64,000 nucleotides of DNA from the NCBI GenBank assembly GCA_005889075.1, contig VBDQ01000021.1, positions 12,354-76,353 of the forward strand. Reading direction: 5' to 3'. The notes under the pieces are model-generated. The model ran no database searches. It saw only the letters and a list, made by a program, of their open reading frames with translations, and was not told the DNA's origin. The first letter of the stretch is position 1. Each line of letters begins with the position of its first letter. The position numbers and the translations under genes were made by a program. Origin of the DNA: Chloroflexota bacterium. Lineage in GTDB: Bacteria; Chloroflexota; Limnocylindria; P2-11E. Below are positions 32,148-40,960 of this stretch, one piece after another.

Positions 32148-33287
32148 ATGGGCGCGAGGTGGAGCACGACGACCAAGCGTGTCGTCGTCGGCATGCTCAC
32201 CCTGGCGGCGATCTTCGTGATCTACCGAGCTGGAGACATTGTCCGGCCATTCGTCTGGGCGGCGATCGTCGCCTACGTGCTGCTACCGGTCGTGGCCATC
32301 GCGGAGCGGCGGCTCTCGCTCCCGCGAACGGTCGCGGCGCTCATCGTGTTCGTCGCCCTCCTTGCGACCGTAATCGGTGGCGGTCGCATCCTCGTGCCGC
32401 TCGCGATCGAACAGCTCCGGGATCTGCAGCGGACCCTGCCGACGCTCGTCGTGAATGCCGAGAACACCTTGACCGAGACGGCGGATCAGCTGGGGCTCGA
32501 GGACCTCGACCAGCTGATCGTCGGGTTTGCCGGCGTGACGGATCTGACGGCGATGATCGGGCGGAACGCGGTCGCGTTCGTCGTCGGCTTCGGCCACTTC
32601 CTGCTCGAGCTTCTCGTCTTCTTCATCGCGACCTTTTTCCTCCTGCGCGACGCGCCGCGCTTACTGCAGTGGATACGTCGCGTGCTGCCGCGCAGCCAAC
32701 GGAATGAGCTGCTCCCGCTCATCGCGGAGGTGAACGCGCTTCTCGGACGGTACGTCCGCGGCCAGCTGTTCCTGATCGGGGTGATGACGACGGCGACCTT
32801 CATCGGCCTGACGGTGCTCCGCGTTCCGTTCTCGCTCCTGCTTGCGTTCCTCACCGGGGTCCTCGAGGTGATCCCGATCGTCGGCCCGATCACGGCGGGC
32901 GCGATCGCGTGCCTCGTTGCGCTCGGGCACCCGGCGCCGTTTGGCCTCTCCCAGATCTGGTACGTCGTCGTTGTGGCGGTCATGTACACGGTCCTGCGCC
33001 ACGCCGAGGACTACTTCGTGATCCCGCTGGTGATCGGCCGCATCGTGAAGCTGCATCCCGCGGTCGTGATCTTTTCTCTATTGACCGGTGGCGCGCTATT
33101 CGGGCTTCTCGGCGTCCTGCTGGCGGTGCCTGTCGCGGCCACCGCCCGGCTCGTGCTGATCTATGCGGGCGCGAAGCTGCGGGACGAGGACCCCTTCCCG
33201 CAGCTGGAAGAGGAGCTTGCGGTGCCTCACACGCCGTCGGCGGAGACAGCCACCGCGCATCCGGTCGGACGGCGCGCGCATCCCTAG
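32148..33287 (+). CDS. AI-2E family transporter (PerM-like)
   Basis: 379 aa, multi-TM, with ...GRYVRGQLFLIGVMTTATFIGLTVLRVPFSLLLAFLTGVLEVIPIVGP... Confidence 0.85.
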   Translation: MGARWSTTTKRVVVGMLTLAAIFVIYRAGDIVRPFVWAAIVAYVLLPVVAIAERRLSLPRTVAALIVFVALLATVIGGGRILVPLAIEQLRDLQRTLPTLVVNAENTLTETADQLGLEDLDQLIVGFAGVTDLTAMIGRNAVAFVVGFGHFLLELLVFFIATFFLLRDAPRLLQWIRRVLPRSQRNELLPLIAEVNALLGRYVRGQLFLIGVMTTATFIGLTVLRVPFSLLLAFLTGVLEVIPIVGPITAGAIACLVALGHPAPFGLSQIWYVVVVAVMYTVLRHAEDYFVIPLVIGRIVKLHPAVVIFSLLTGGALFGLLGVLLAVPVAATARLVLIYAGAKLRDEDPFPQLEEELAVPHTPSAETATAHPVGRRAHP

Positions 33288-33299
33288 GACGAGGACACC

Positions 33300-33845
33300 T
33301 TGATGACGAGCACGTGGTCGAGAGAGGGAGGGACGGTGCGTTTCGCGCTCGGACTCGCTGTACCGCTCGCGGCGGCCTTGCTGCAGGGCACGGTCGCGCC
33401 ACTGGTCGCGGTCGCCGGGGCTCGGCCTCTGCTACCGATACTGGTGGCGGGCTCCTGGGCTGTGGCCGCCGGCGCGTCCGAGGCGGTGTGGTGGGCGTTC
33501 ATCGCGGGCATCGCGACCGACCTTCTCTCCGGCGGGCCCCTCGGCGCCTTCGCCCTCGCGTTCCTGCCACCTATCGCCGCCATCGGCGTCCGCGACGGCG
33601 GGCGTAGCCGCGGCACGCCGGTTCTCGCAGCAGCCGCGCTCGTTGCCCTCGCGGCGTTGACCGCCGGGCTCCTGTATCTCGCGATCCTGGCCGCCACCGG
33701 ACAGGGCGCTCCATCGATCCCGCTGGCCGTCGGCACGACGGTCGCCGCCGCGCTGTACACCGGGCTCCTCGCTGTCGCGATCTATCCGATCGCGCGACTT
33801 GTCCGCCGCGTCACGGAGAAGCAGGGTGCGTTAGGGGTGTGGTGA
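33300..33845 (+). CDS. mreD: Rod shape-determining protein MreD-like
   Basis: A small polytopic membrane protein (...WWAFIAGIATDLLSGGPLG...) overlapping the start of mrdA. The call rests on position and pattern; the sequence signal is weak. Confidence 0.55.
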   Translation: MMTSTWSREGGTVRFALGLAVPLAAALLQGTVAPLVAVAGARPLLPILVAGSWAVAAGASEAVWWAFIAGIATDLLSGGPLGAFALAFLPPIAAIGVRDGGRSRGTPVLAAAALVALAALTAGLLYLAILAATGQGAPSIPLAVGTTVAAALYTGLLAVAIYPIARLVRRVTEKQGALGVW

Positions 33846-35716
33846 GGGAAGAGCCGCGCGCATTCGTCCGCACTCGACGATTCATCGCCTTCGGCGCCGC
33901 GATGGTCGTGGTCTTCACCGCGTTGACCGCGCGGCTCTACGACATCGAGCTCGTCCACGGCGATTACTACCGTGACCTCTCACAGCAGAACCGCATCCTC
34001 CGGCTGCCGGTGCTCGCCGAGCGCGGCGGCATCGTCGACCGGAACGGTTACGTGCTGGCGCGGAACCTCCCAGCGTTCGCGGTGAGCGTCGTGCCGGTCG
34101 ACATCCCTCGAGCGCGCGAGCAGGAGCTCTCCCAGCGTCTCGGCGCCCTGCTGGACCTCCCGGCCGACAGCGTGGCCGCGACGATTCAGCAACAGCGGCA
34201 GCGCAACCCCTACGAGCCCGGAAAGATCTCGACCACGCCGGTCCCGCGTGAGATTGCCTTCGCGATCACCGAGCGCGGCGAGCTTTTCCCCGGCGTGCGC
34301 GTCGATCCGGAGAGCATCCGCCTCTACGCCGACGGAACGCTCTACGCGCCGGTCATCGGCTACACCGGCCCCGTCACGGAGGAGGAGCTCCAGACCCTCA
34401 AGGACCGCGGCTACCTGGCTGACGACGACATCGGCCGGACCGGGATCGAGAGCGTCTATGAGCAGTACCTGCGTGGGACATACGGCTGGCGCGAGATCGA
34501 GCGCGACGCCGCGCAGCGCGAGATCCAGACCCTTGCGCTCCAGCCGCCGACGGTGGGGAACACCGTCGTGCTCACCATCGACGACCGCCTGCAGAAGCTG
34601 CTCGACAACGAGCTGCGCGTCGGCGTCGAGCAGGACAAGTTCACGCAGGCGGTGGGCGTTGCCGTGAATCCCCAGAACGGCGAGATCCTCGCGATGGTCT
34701 CCATCCCTGGATATGACAACAACCTGTTCGCAAGAGGCATCAGCTCGAGCGAGCTCGCCGCTCTCAACGCGGACGACCGCCATCCCCTGGTCAACAAGGC
34801 CATCGGTGACATCTACCCCGCAGGGTCGACGTTCAAGATGGTCACCGGTCTTTCCGCGCTGTCCGAGGGCACCGCCACGCGCGACACGCAGGTCAACGTC
34901 ACCGCCATGTCGTTCAGCGTCAGCGGCACGCCGTTTTATGACTGGCGCGCTCACGGCACGCTCAATTTCGTGACCGGGTTCGCACACTCGAGCGACATCT
35001 ACTTCTACACGCTCGCCGGCGGCACACCCTTCGCGCCCAACGTGCGGGGCGTGGGCCCGGAAGCGATCGCCAAGTACGGCAAGATGCTCGGCTTCGGCGC
35101 CCCGACGGGCATCGACCTCCCGGACGAGGCCGCCGGGATCATGCCCAGCCCCGAGTGGAAGCTCGAGAACAAGAACGAGCCGTGGACAATCGGCAACACG
35201 TACCAGGAGGCGATCGGGCAGGGCTTCGTCGCTGTGACCCCGCTGCAGCTCCTAAACGCGTACGCGTCGGTCGCCAACGGCGGCACGCTCTGGCAGCCCC
35301 ATCTGCTGAAGCAGGTTGTCGACAGCCAAGGCAAGGTCGTGGCCACGCCCGCGCCGCAGATGATCCGCAAGCTGGACATAACGCAAGAGAACCTGCGCCT
35401 CCTCCGCGAGTCCGCGCGCCGAGTCGTGACGATCGGCCACGCGTACATGCCGAACGCGAAGCTCCCGATCGCCGGGAAGACCGGAACCGCCGAGTTCGGG
35501 GCCGCGACGGGCAAGGACGGCGCGGGCCGAAACAAGCTCGGCTTCCACAACTGGTTCGTCTCGTTCCTGCCGCAGGCTGACAACACCGACCCGACAGCGC
35601 AGATCGCGATGGTCATCTTCACCTACGACTCCTCGAAGTCGCTGTGCGAGAACTGCTTCAACCCGGCGGTCGGGATGACGCAGCGGATCCTCGAGGCGTA
35701 CGTGCTCGGCAAGTGA
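33839..35716 (+). CDS. mrdA: Penicillin-binding protein 2 (elongasome transpeptidase)
   Basis: N-terminal TM plus dimerisation domain. Transpeptidase motifs STFK (AGSTFKMV), SSD-like (HSSD) and KTGT (GKTGTAEF). Confidence 0.9.
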   Translation: MVREEPRAFVRTRRFIAFGAAMVVVFTALTARLYDIELVHGDYYRDLSQQNRILRLPVLAERGGIVDRNGYVLARNLPAFAVSVVPVDIPRAREQELSQRLGALLDLPADSVAATIQQQRQRNPYEPGKISTTPVPREIAFAITERGELFPGVRVDPESIRLYADGTLYAPVIGYTGPVTEEELQTLKDRGYLADDDIGRTGIESVYEQYLRGTYGWREIERDAAQREIQTLALQPPTVGNTVVLTIDDRLQKLLDNELRVGVEQDKFTQAVGVAVNPQNGEILAMVSIPGYDNNLFARGISSSELAALNADDRHPLVNKAIGDIYPAGSTFKMVTGLSALSEGTATRDTQVNVTAMSFSVSGTPFYDWRAHGTLNFVTGFAHSSDIYFYTLAGGTPFAPNVRGVGPEAIAKYGKMLGFGAPTGIDLPDEAAGIMPSPEWKLENKNEPWTIGNTYQEAIGQGFVAVTPLQLLNAYASVANGGTLWQPHLLKQVVDSQGKVVATPAPQMIRKLDITQENLRLLRESARRVVTIGHAYMPNAKLPIAGKTGTAEFGAATGKDGAGRNKLGFHNWFVSFLPQADNTDPTAQIAMVIFTYDSSKSLCENCFNPAVGMTQRILEAYVLGK

Positions 35717-35751
35717 AGCGTCTCCATCGAGCCTGCCGTCATGGTTCGCTC

Positions 35752-35868
35752 GGTGGCGGGGTAGCCGGGGCGGTGCCGTGGTTGCCGGGGGTGGCCGGGG
35801 CGGCATCCCGCATACCTGGGGTGGCAGGGGCGGAGCCTGGGGTGGCAGGGGCGAAGCCCCTGCGAGAA
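35752..35868 (+). repeat. G-rich tandem repeat in the mrdA-rodA spacer
   Basis: Four copies of GGGGT(A/G)GC(C/A)GGGGCG(G/A). The last two are adjacent 21-nt units (35816..35836 and 35837..35857), identical at 20 of 21 positions. The terminal hairpin is GCAGGGGC-GAA-GCCCCTGC. Confidence 0.6.
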
Positions 35869-35900
35869 ATCAGTGCTATGCGAATCGGGGCGAAGCCACG

Positions 35901-37061
35901 ATGAGCGTCCGTCCTCTCGCGCTGCCGCGTGCCGCGACGCCGCTACACGACCGCCCGGTGGAGCGCCGCTGGATGCAGATCGACCCGATCCTGCTGATCG
36001 CCACGATCCTGCTGATCGGATACGGCCTCGTGATGACGTACTCCACGACGGCCGAGACCCGGACGTTCACCGGTGATCCGATGCAGTTCGTGATCCGGGG
36101 AGCGCTGTGGGCCGCGGTCGGCCTTGCAGTGATGGCGGCAGTCGCGTACTTCGACTACGCGTGGCTCGGCGCCTTCGCGCCGGTGCTGTACGTCTTGACG
36201 CTCGGTCTCCTCGCGGTGGTTCTCGCGATCGGCAGCTCAAGCCTCGGGGCGCAGCGCTCGGTGACGTTTGTGGGCCTCTCATTCCAGTTCAGCGAGGTCG
36301 CGAAGGTCCTGATGATCGTCGTGCTCGCGAAGTTCTTCGCCGACCGTCGTGCGTCGATCGGATCGCCGCTCGTGATCGGGTTCGGGCTCGCGCTCCTCGC
36401 GCCCGCGGTCTATCTCGTGTACCGCCAGCCCGACCTCGGCACGAGTCTCGTGTTCATCGCGATCTTCTTCGGCATCGCCTTCCTGGCGGGGGCCCGGATC
36501 TGGCAGCTCACCGCCCTAGCCGCCGTCGCCGTTGCCTCTTTCCCGGTCGTCTGGGCGCTGCTCAAGGACTACCAGCGCGCGCGGCTCGGCGCATTCCTCA
36601 ACCCATACAGCGATCCGCAGGGCGCGGGTTGGAACATCATCCAATCGCTCATCGCGGTCGGCTCGGGTGGCGCGACCGGGAAGGGCCTCACCGCCGGCAC
36701 GCAGTCGCCCCTCGGGTACCTTCCGATCGCGGAATCGGACTTCGTCTTCGCGGGTCTCGCGGAGGACCTCGGTTTCGCGGGTGCGGTCATCCTCTTCGCG
36801 CTCTACATCATCCTGCTCGTCGCGGCCCTGCGCGTCGCGTTCCGCTCGCGCGATCCCTTCGGAATGCTCATCGGCGGGGGCATCGCGACGATGCTGCTCT
36901 TCCAGATCCTAGTGAACGTGGGCATGGCGATCTCGCTCATGCCCGTGACCGGCATCCCGCTTCCGTTCATCTCGCACGGGGGAAGCTCGCTCGTCTCCAT
37001 CTGTTTCGCGCTCGGAGTGCTGCAGTCCGTCTCGATGCGACGCGAGGCAAGCGGTCCCTGA
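35901..37061 (+). CDS. rodA: SEDS-family peptidoglycan glycosyltransferase RodA
   Basis: ...QFSEVAKVLMIVVLAKFF..., ESDFVFAGLAEDLGF, PLPFISHGGSS. ATG at 35901; the track start at 35778 reads through the repeat. Confidence 0.9.
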   Translation: MSVRPLALPRAATPLHDRPVERRWMQIDPILLIATILLIGYGLVMTYSTTAETRTFTGDPMQFVIRGALWAAVGLAVMAAVAYFDYAWLGAFAPVLYVLTLGLLAVVLAIGSSSLGAQRSVTFVGLSFQFSEVAKVLMIVVLAKFFADRRASIGSPLVIGFGLALLAPAVYLVYRQPDLGTSLVFIAIFFGIAFLAGARIWQLTALAAVAVASFPVVWALLKDYQRARLGAFLNPYSDPQGAGWNIIQSLIAVGSGGATGKGLTAGTQSPLGYLPIAESDFVFAGLAEDLGFAGAVILFALYIILLVAALRVAFRSRDPFGMLIGGGIATMLLFQILVNVGMAISLMPVTGIPLPFISHGGSSLVSICFALGVLQSVSMRREASGP

Positions 37062-37266
37062 CCCCGAGGCGGCCCATATACTTTTCGACGAAAGGCCGCG
37101 AACGGGAGCAGTACGCGTCGCGAGCGCGCCGAGAGAGCCGGCGGTCGGTGTGAGCCGGTGCGCGCAAGACGCGGAACTCGCCCGGGAGCCGCGGGAGCGA
37201 ACGGCGATCGGCCGCTAGCTCTCGCCGGGGTCACGCCCGTTACCGCGTGCTCGAGCGGAGAGCATC

Positions 37267-37338
37267 GGGGCTGTGGCGCAGTGGGAGCGCATCACACTGG
37301 CAGTGTGGGGGTCGCGGGTTCGAATCCCGCCAGCTCCA
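37267..37338 (+). tRNA. tRNA-Ala (anticodon GGC)
   Basis: Hand-folded cloverleaf: acceptor GGGGCTG/CAGCTCC with G3:U70, anticodon loop CTGGCAG, T-loop TTCGAAT, discriminator A. CCA is not encoded. Confidence 0.9.
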
Positions 37339-37339
37339 C

Positions 37340-37465
37340 GGGCTAGCGAGAACGAGACACGAAGCCGCAGCTTCGTGGCGAGGACGAGCGACGCCCGTGC
37401 TCTCAACTGAGGTGGTACCGCGGAAGCCTTTCCGTCCTCTCTGACGGCGAGGCTTATTTATTTTC
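37340..37465 (+). promoter_or_regulatory. T-box leader (transcription attenuator) of leuS
   Basis: T-box core AGGTGGTACCGCGG lies at 37410..37423. It is followed by a terminator helix (GAAGCCTTTCCGTC/GACGGCGAGGCTT) and ATTTATTTT (37456..37464), then AAAGGAGG and the leuS ATG. Upstream is a short stem with the hairpin CACGAAGC-CGCA-GCTTCGTG. Confidence 0.6.
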
Positions 37466-37484
37466 CTCTGAAAGGAGGCAGGAC

Positions 37485-39920
37485 ATGGCGGTCGAGGACA
37501 AGAAGCGGATCGAGCGTTACGTGCCCGCGGACATCGAGCCTAAATGGGAGAGAGAGTGGGCCGCGTCCGGCCTCCACAACACGCCCGACGAATCCGATCG
37601 GCCCAACTTCTACTTCCTGACGATGTTCCCGTACCCGTCGGGCGACATCCACGTTGGTCACTGGTACGCGTTCGCGCCGGCCGACTGTGCCGCGCGCCAT
37701 CTACGGATGCGCGGCTACAACGTGCTCTTTCCAATGGGCTTCGACGCGTTCGGCATCAATGCCGAGAACGCTGCGATCGACCGCAAGATCCATCCCGCGG
37801 TCTGGACCGAGAAGAACATGGCGCACATGCGCGACCAGTTCCGCCGCATGGGCGCGGCGATCGACTGGCGCCGCGAGGTGATCACGTGCTACCCCGAGTT
37901 CTACCGCTGGAACCAGTGGATGTTCCTGAAGTTCCTGGAGAAGGGACTGGCATATCGGGCCGAGGCGCCGGTCAACTGGTGTCCGCGCGACGAGACCGTG
38001 CTCGCGAACGAGCAGGTCATCGCGGGAAGGTGCGAGCGGTGCGACACGCCGGTCGTGAAGCGGCAGATGACGCAGTGGTTCTTCCGCATCACGGCCTACG
38101 CCGACGAGCTGCTGCGGTTCGACGAGGTGGACTGGCCGGAGCGCGTGCGTGTCATGCAGACGAACTGGATCGGCCGTTCTGAGGGGGCCGACATCGCGTT
38201 CCCGGTCGAAGGCGAGAGTGGAGAGGAGATCCGTGTCTTCACCACGCGGCCGGACACGATCTACGGCGCGACGTTCATGGTCCTGGCACCCGAGCATCCG
38301 CTGGTCGCGAAGATCACCGCTCCCAGCCGGAGGGCCGAGGTCGATCGCTACGTCGAGCGTGCCCGCAACATGGAAGAGATCGAGCGCACTGCGGCCGAGC
38401 GCGTCCGTACGGGGGTCGACACAGGCGCGTTCGCGCGCAACGTCTTCACCGGTGAGCGAATCCCGATCTGGATCGCCGACTACGTCCTTCAGACGTACGG
38501 CACCGGCGCGATCATGGCCGTCCCTGGCCACGATGAGCGGGACTTCGATTTCGCCAAGCGGCACGGTCTCGAGATCCGCGAAGTGATCTCTCCCGACGGC
38601 ATCGAGCAGGGCTCGCTTAGCGCGCCGTACTTAGGCGAGGGGCGCATGGTCCGAAGCGGGCCGTTCAGCGGAACGCCGACTGCGGACGGCCGGCGCGCTG
38701 TCGCGGAGGAGGCGAAGCGTCGCGGCATCGGAGGGCCTTCGGTCACGTATCGCCTGCGCGACTGGCTGATCTCACGGCAGCGCTACTGGGGAACGCCCAT
38801 CCCGGTGGTGTATTGCGATACCGACGGGGCGGTCCCGGTGCGCTACGAGGACCTGCCGATCGCGCTTCCGCGCGACGTCGAGTTCACCGGTCGCGGAGGC
38901 TCGCCGCTGGCGCACGTCCCGTCCTTCGTCAACACCACGTGTCCGAAATGCGGTGGCCCCGCGCGCCGGGACATTGACACGATGGACACATTCGTCGACT
39001 CGTCCTGGTACATGTATCGCTACCTGGACCCAAAGTTCGCCGCCGCGTTCATGGACAAGGATCTGGGCCGCAAGTGGCTGCCGGTGCATCAGTACACCGG
39101 GGGGATCGAGCACGCGATCCTGCACCTGCTCTACATGCGTTTCGTGTGCAAGGCCCTGCGCGACCTGGGCGAGCTCTGGTTCGACGAGCCTGCGCTTCGG
39201 CTGCGCAACCAGGGCACGATCATCTTCGGCGGCCGCAAGATGTCGAAGTCGCGCGGGAACGTGCAGACACCCGACGAGTACGTCGCCATCTACGGCGCCG
39301 ACACGCTGCGGCTCTTCCTGATGTTCCTGGGTCCGTGGACACAGGGCTCGGACTGGGATGCCTCCGGGATCGAGGGCGTGCACCGCTTCCTGAACCGGGT
39401 CTGGATGCTGGGGCTCACCGACCCCGGCGCCGGTCCGCGCGACCGCGCGATCGACCGCGCGCTGCACCGTACGATCGCCAAGGTAACCGCCGACCTGGAG
39501 ACGTATCACTTCAACACCGCGATCGCGGCCATGATGGAGCTGTCAAATGCGCTGCAGCATGCGAGCGGACCGAGTCGCGCGGACGCGGTCGACAAGCTGA
39601 TCTTGCTGCTCGCCCCGTTCGCTCCGCACATCGCCGAGGAGCTGTGGCACCGACGCGGTGGGACCGGAACGGTCCATCGGCAGACCTGGCCAGCCTACGA
39701 CGCCACGCTCGCCGCGGCCGACGAGATCACGCTCGTCATCCAGATCGATGGCAAGGTTCGCGAGCGGATCCCGGCGCCGGCCGGGATGTCGATAGCCCGA
39801 GCGGAGGAGCTCGCGCGTGCGAACCCAAAGGTCCGCGCGGCGCTGACGGGACGCGATGTCGACCGAGTCGTCGTCGTGCCCGATCGAATCGTCAACATCG
39901 TCACGCGGCGACGGTCGTGA
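37485..39920 (+). CDS. leuS: Leucine--tRNA ligase
   Basis: 811 aa. HIGH-type motif PYPSGDIHVGH, KMSKS motif KMSKSRGN, CP1 editing domain. Confidence 0.95.
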   Translation: MAVEDKKRIERYVPADIEPKWEREWAASGLHNTPDESDRPNFYFLTMFPYPSGDIHVGHWYAFAPADCAARHLRMRGYNVLFPMGFDAFGINAENAAIDRKIHPAVWTEKNMAHMRDQFRRMGAAIDWRREVITCYPEFYRWNQWMFLKFLEKGLAYRAEAPVNWCPRDETVLANEQVIAGRCERCDTPVVKRQMTQWFFRITAYADELLRFDEVDWPERVRVMQTNWIGRSEGADIAFPVEGESGEEIRVFTTRPDTIYGATFMVLAPEHPLVAKITAPSRRAEVDRYVERARNMEEIERTAAERVRTGVDTGAFARNVFTGERIPIWIADYVLQTYGTGAIMAVPGHDERDFDFAKRHGLEIREVISPDGIEQGSLSAPYLGEGRMVRSGPFSGTPTADGRRAVAEEAKRRGIGGPSVTYRLRDWLISRQRYWGTPIPVVYCDTDGAVPVRYEDLPIALPRDVEFTGRGGSPLAHVPSFVNTTCPKCGGPARRDIDTMDTFVDSSWYMYRYLDPKFAAAFMDKDLGRKWLPVHQYTGGIEHAILHLLYMRFVCKALRDLGELWFDEPALRLRNQGTIIFGGRKMSKSRGNVQTPDEYVAIYGADTLRLFLMFLGPWTQGSDWDASGIEGVHRFLNRVWMLGLTDPGAGPRDRAIDRALHRTIAKVTADLETYHFNTAIAAMMELSNALQHASGPSRADAVDKLILLLAPFAPHIAEELWHRRGGTGTVHRQTWPAYDATLAAADEITLVIQIDGKVRERIPAPAGMSIARAEELARANPKVRAALTGRDVDRVVVVPDRIVNIVTRRRS

Positions 39921-40324
39921 CCGCGGAGATCCGTCTCGCGGCGCTGTGCGATCACGCGCTCGTCGGCCAGGACGGCAAGGTCAGCCTGCTCGGGATCTTC
40001 CGCAACATCTCGGTGAGCGGGCTGCCGGCGCAGCATCCGCGGATGTTCGTCGTCGCGATCCTCGGTCTTGACGTCGGTGCGCATACCGTTCGAGTGCGCC
40101 TTTTGCGCCCCGACGGCCAGCAGGCGATGCCGAATCCGCCTGAGATTTCGGTCCACGCCGTCGCCGGGCAGGACGTAAACGTCATCGTGGAGCTCAACAA
40201 CATGAGCTTCACCACCTATGGCGTGCACCGCTTCGACCTCGAGGTCGACGGATCGTCGGTCGGCGGACTGCCGGTCGCGATCGTCCAGATGCAGCAGCAG
40301 CAACAGGGCAAGCGCACGAATTGA
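39917..40324 (+). CDS. Hypothetical protein, translationally coupled to leuS
   Basis: GTG at 39917 overlaps the leuS stop (GTGA). 135 aa: VTAEIRLAALCDHALVGQDGKVSLLGIFRNI...HRFDLEVDG...QMQQQQQGKRTN. High third-position GC. I did not recognise a family. Confidence 0.55.
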   Translation: MTAEIRLAALCDHALVGQDGKVSLLGIFRNISVSGLPAQHPRMFVVAILGLDVGAHTVRVRLLRPDGQQAMPNPPEISVHAVAGQDVNVIVELNNMSFTTYGVHRFDLEVDGSSVGGLPVAIVQMQQQQQGKRTN

Positions 40325-40408
40325 CGACACGCTGTCGCCAGAAATGACGACGGCGCTGACACATTTGTGGGCTAGGCGCGACCTCAGCAGCGGCCCAGGC
40401 TTCCGTGG

Positions 40409-40960
40409 ATGCGTCCGATCGTCCTCGTCGTGGGTGCCGTCGCGCTCGTCGCCGGCGCGGCACTCGTGTTCGTGCCGCTCCATGGCTCCGCACCTGACGT
40501 TGCCGTAGTAGAGGAGACGCCCACACCGACGCGAACCCCGGAGTCCGGCGTGATCGTCGACGTGGTAGGCGCGGTGGCCCATCCTGGGGTCTACCGGCTT
40601 CCCGCGGGCGCGCGGGTCCTCGATGCGCTGCTCGCGGCCGGTGGCATGACCGGCGACGCGGACCTCGCCGCCCTGAACAAGGCGACGCCTCTGCGCGACG
40701 GGGTGCGGATCTACGTCCCCCGGCCCGGCGAGGCGGTGCCGGCAGGGAGCCTGGGGAGCGAGTCCGAGCGGCTCGTGGACCTCAATCACGCCAGCGCCGC
40801 GGAGCTCCAGACGCTTCCCGGGGTGGGCGCGACGACCGCGGCGCGCATCGTCCGCTCCCGGAACGCGAAGACGTTTACGAAGGTCGAGGAGCTGCAGACG
40901 CGTGGGCTCGTGACGCCGCGGGTTTTCGCCGACATACGCGATCTCGTCAGCACGCGGTGA
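40409..40960 (+). CDS. comEA: ComEA family DNA-binding protein (SLBB + helix-hairpin-helix)
   Basis: N-terminal TM, VVGAVAHPGVYRLPAGARVLDAL, and C-terminal VDLNHASAAELQTLPGVGATTAARIV. Confidence 0.85.
   Translation: MRPIVLVVGAVALVAGAALVFVPLHGSAPDVAVVEETPTPTRTPESGVIVDVVGAVAHPGVYRLPAGARVLDALLAAGGMTGDADLAALNKATPLRDGVRIYVPRPGEAVPAGSLGSESERLVDLNHASAAELQTLPGVGATTAARIVRSRNAKTFTKVEELQTRGLVTPRVFADIRDLVSTR

Noticed and set aside
35752-35868. Possible CRISPR-like repeats
   Set aside because: The units are about 21 nt and directly adjacent or very closely spaced, with no unique spacers of CRISPR length. There are no cas genes. I treated it as a simple tandem repeat.
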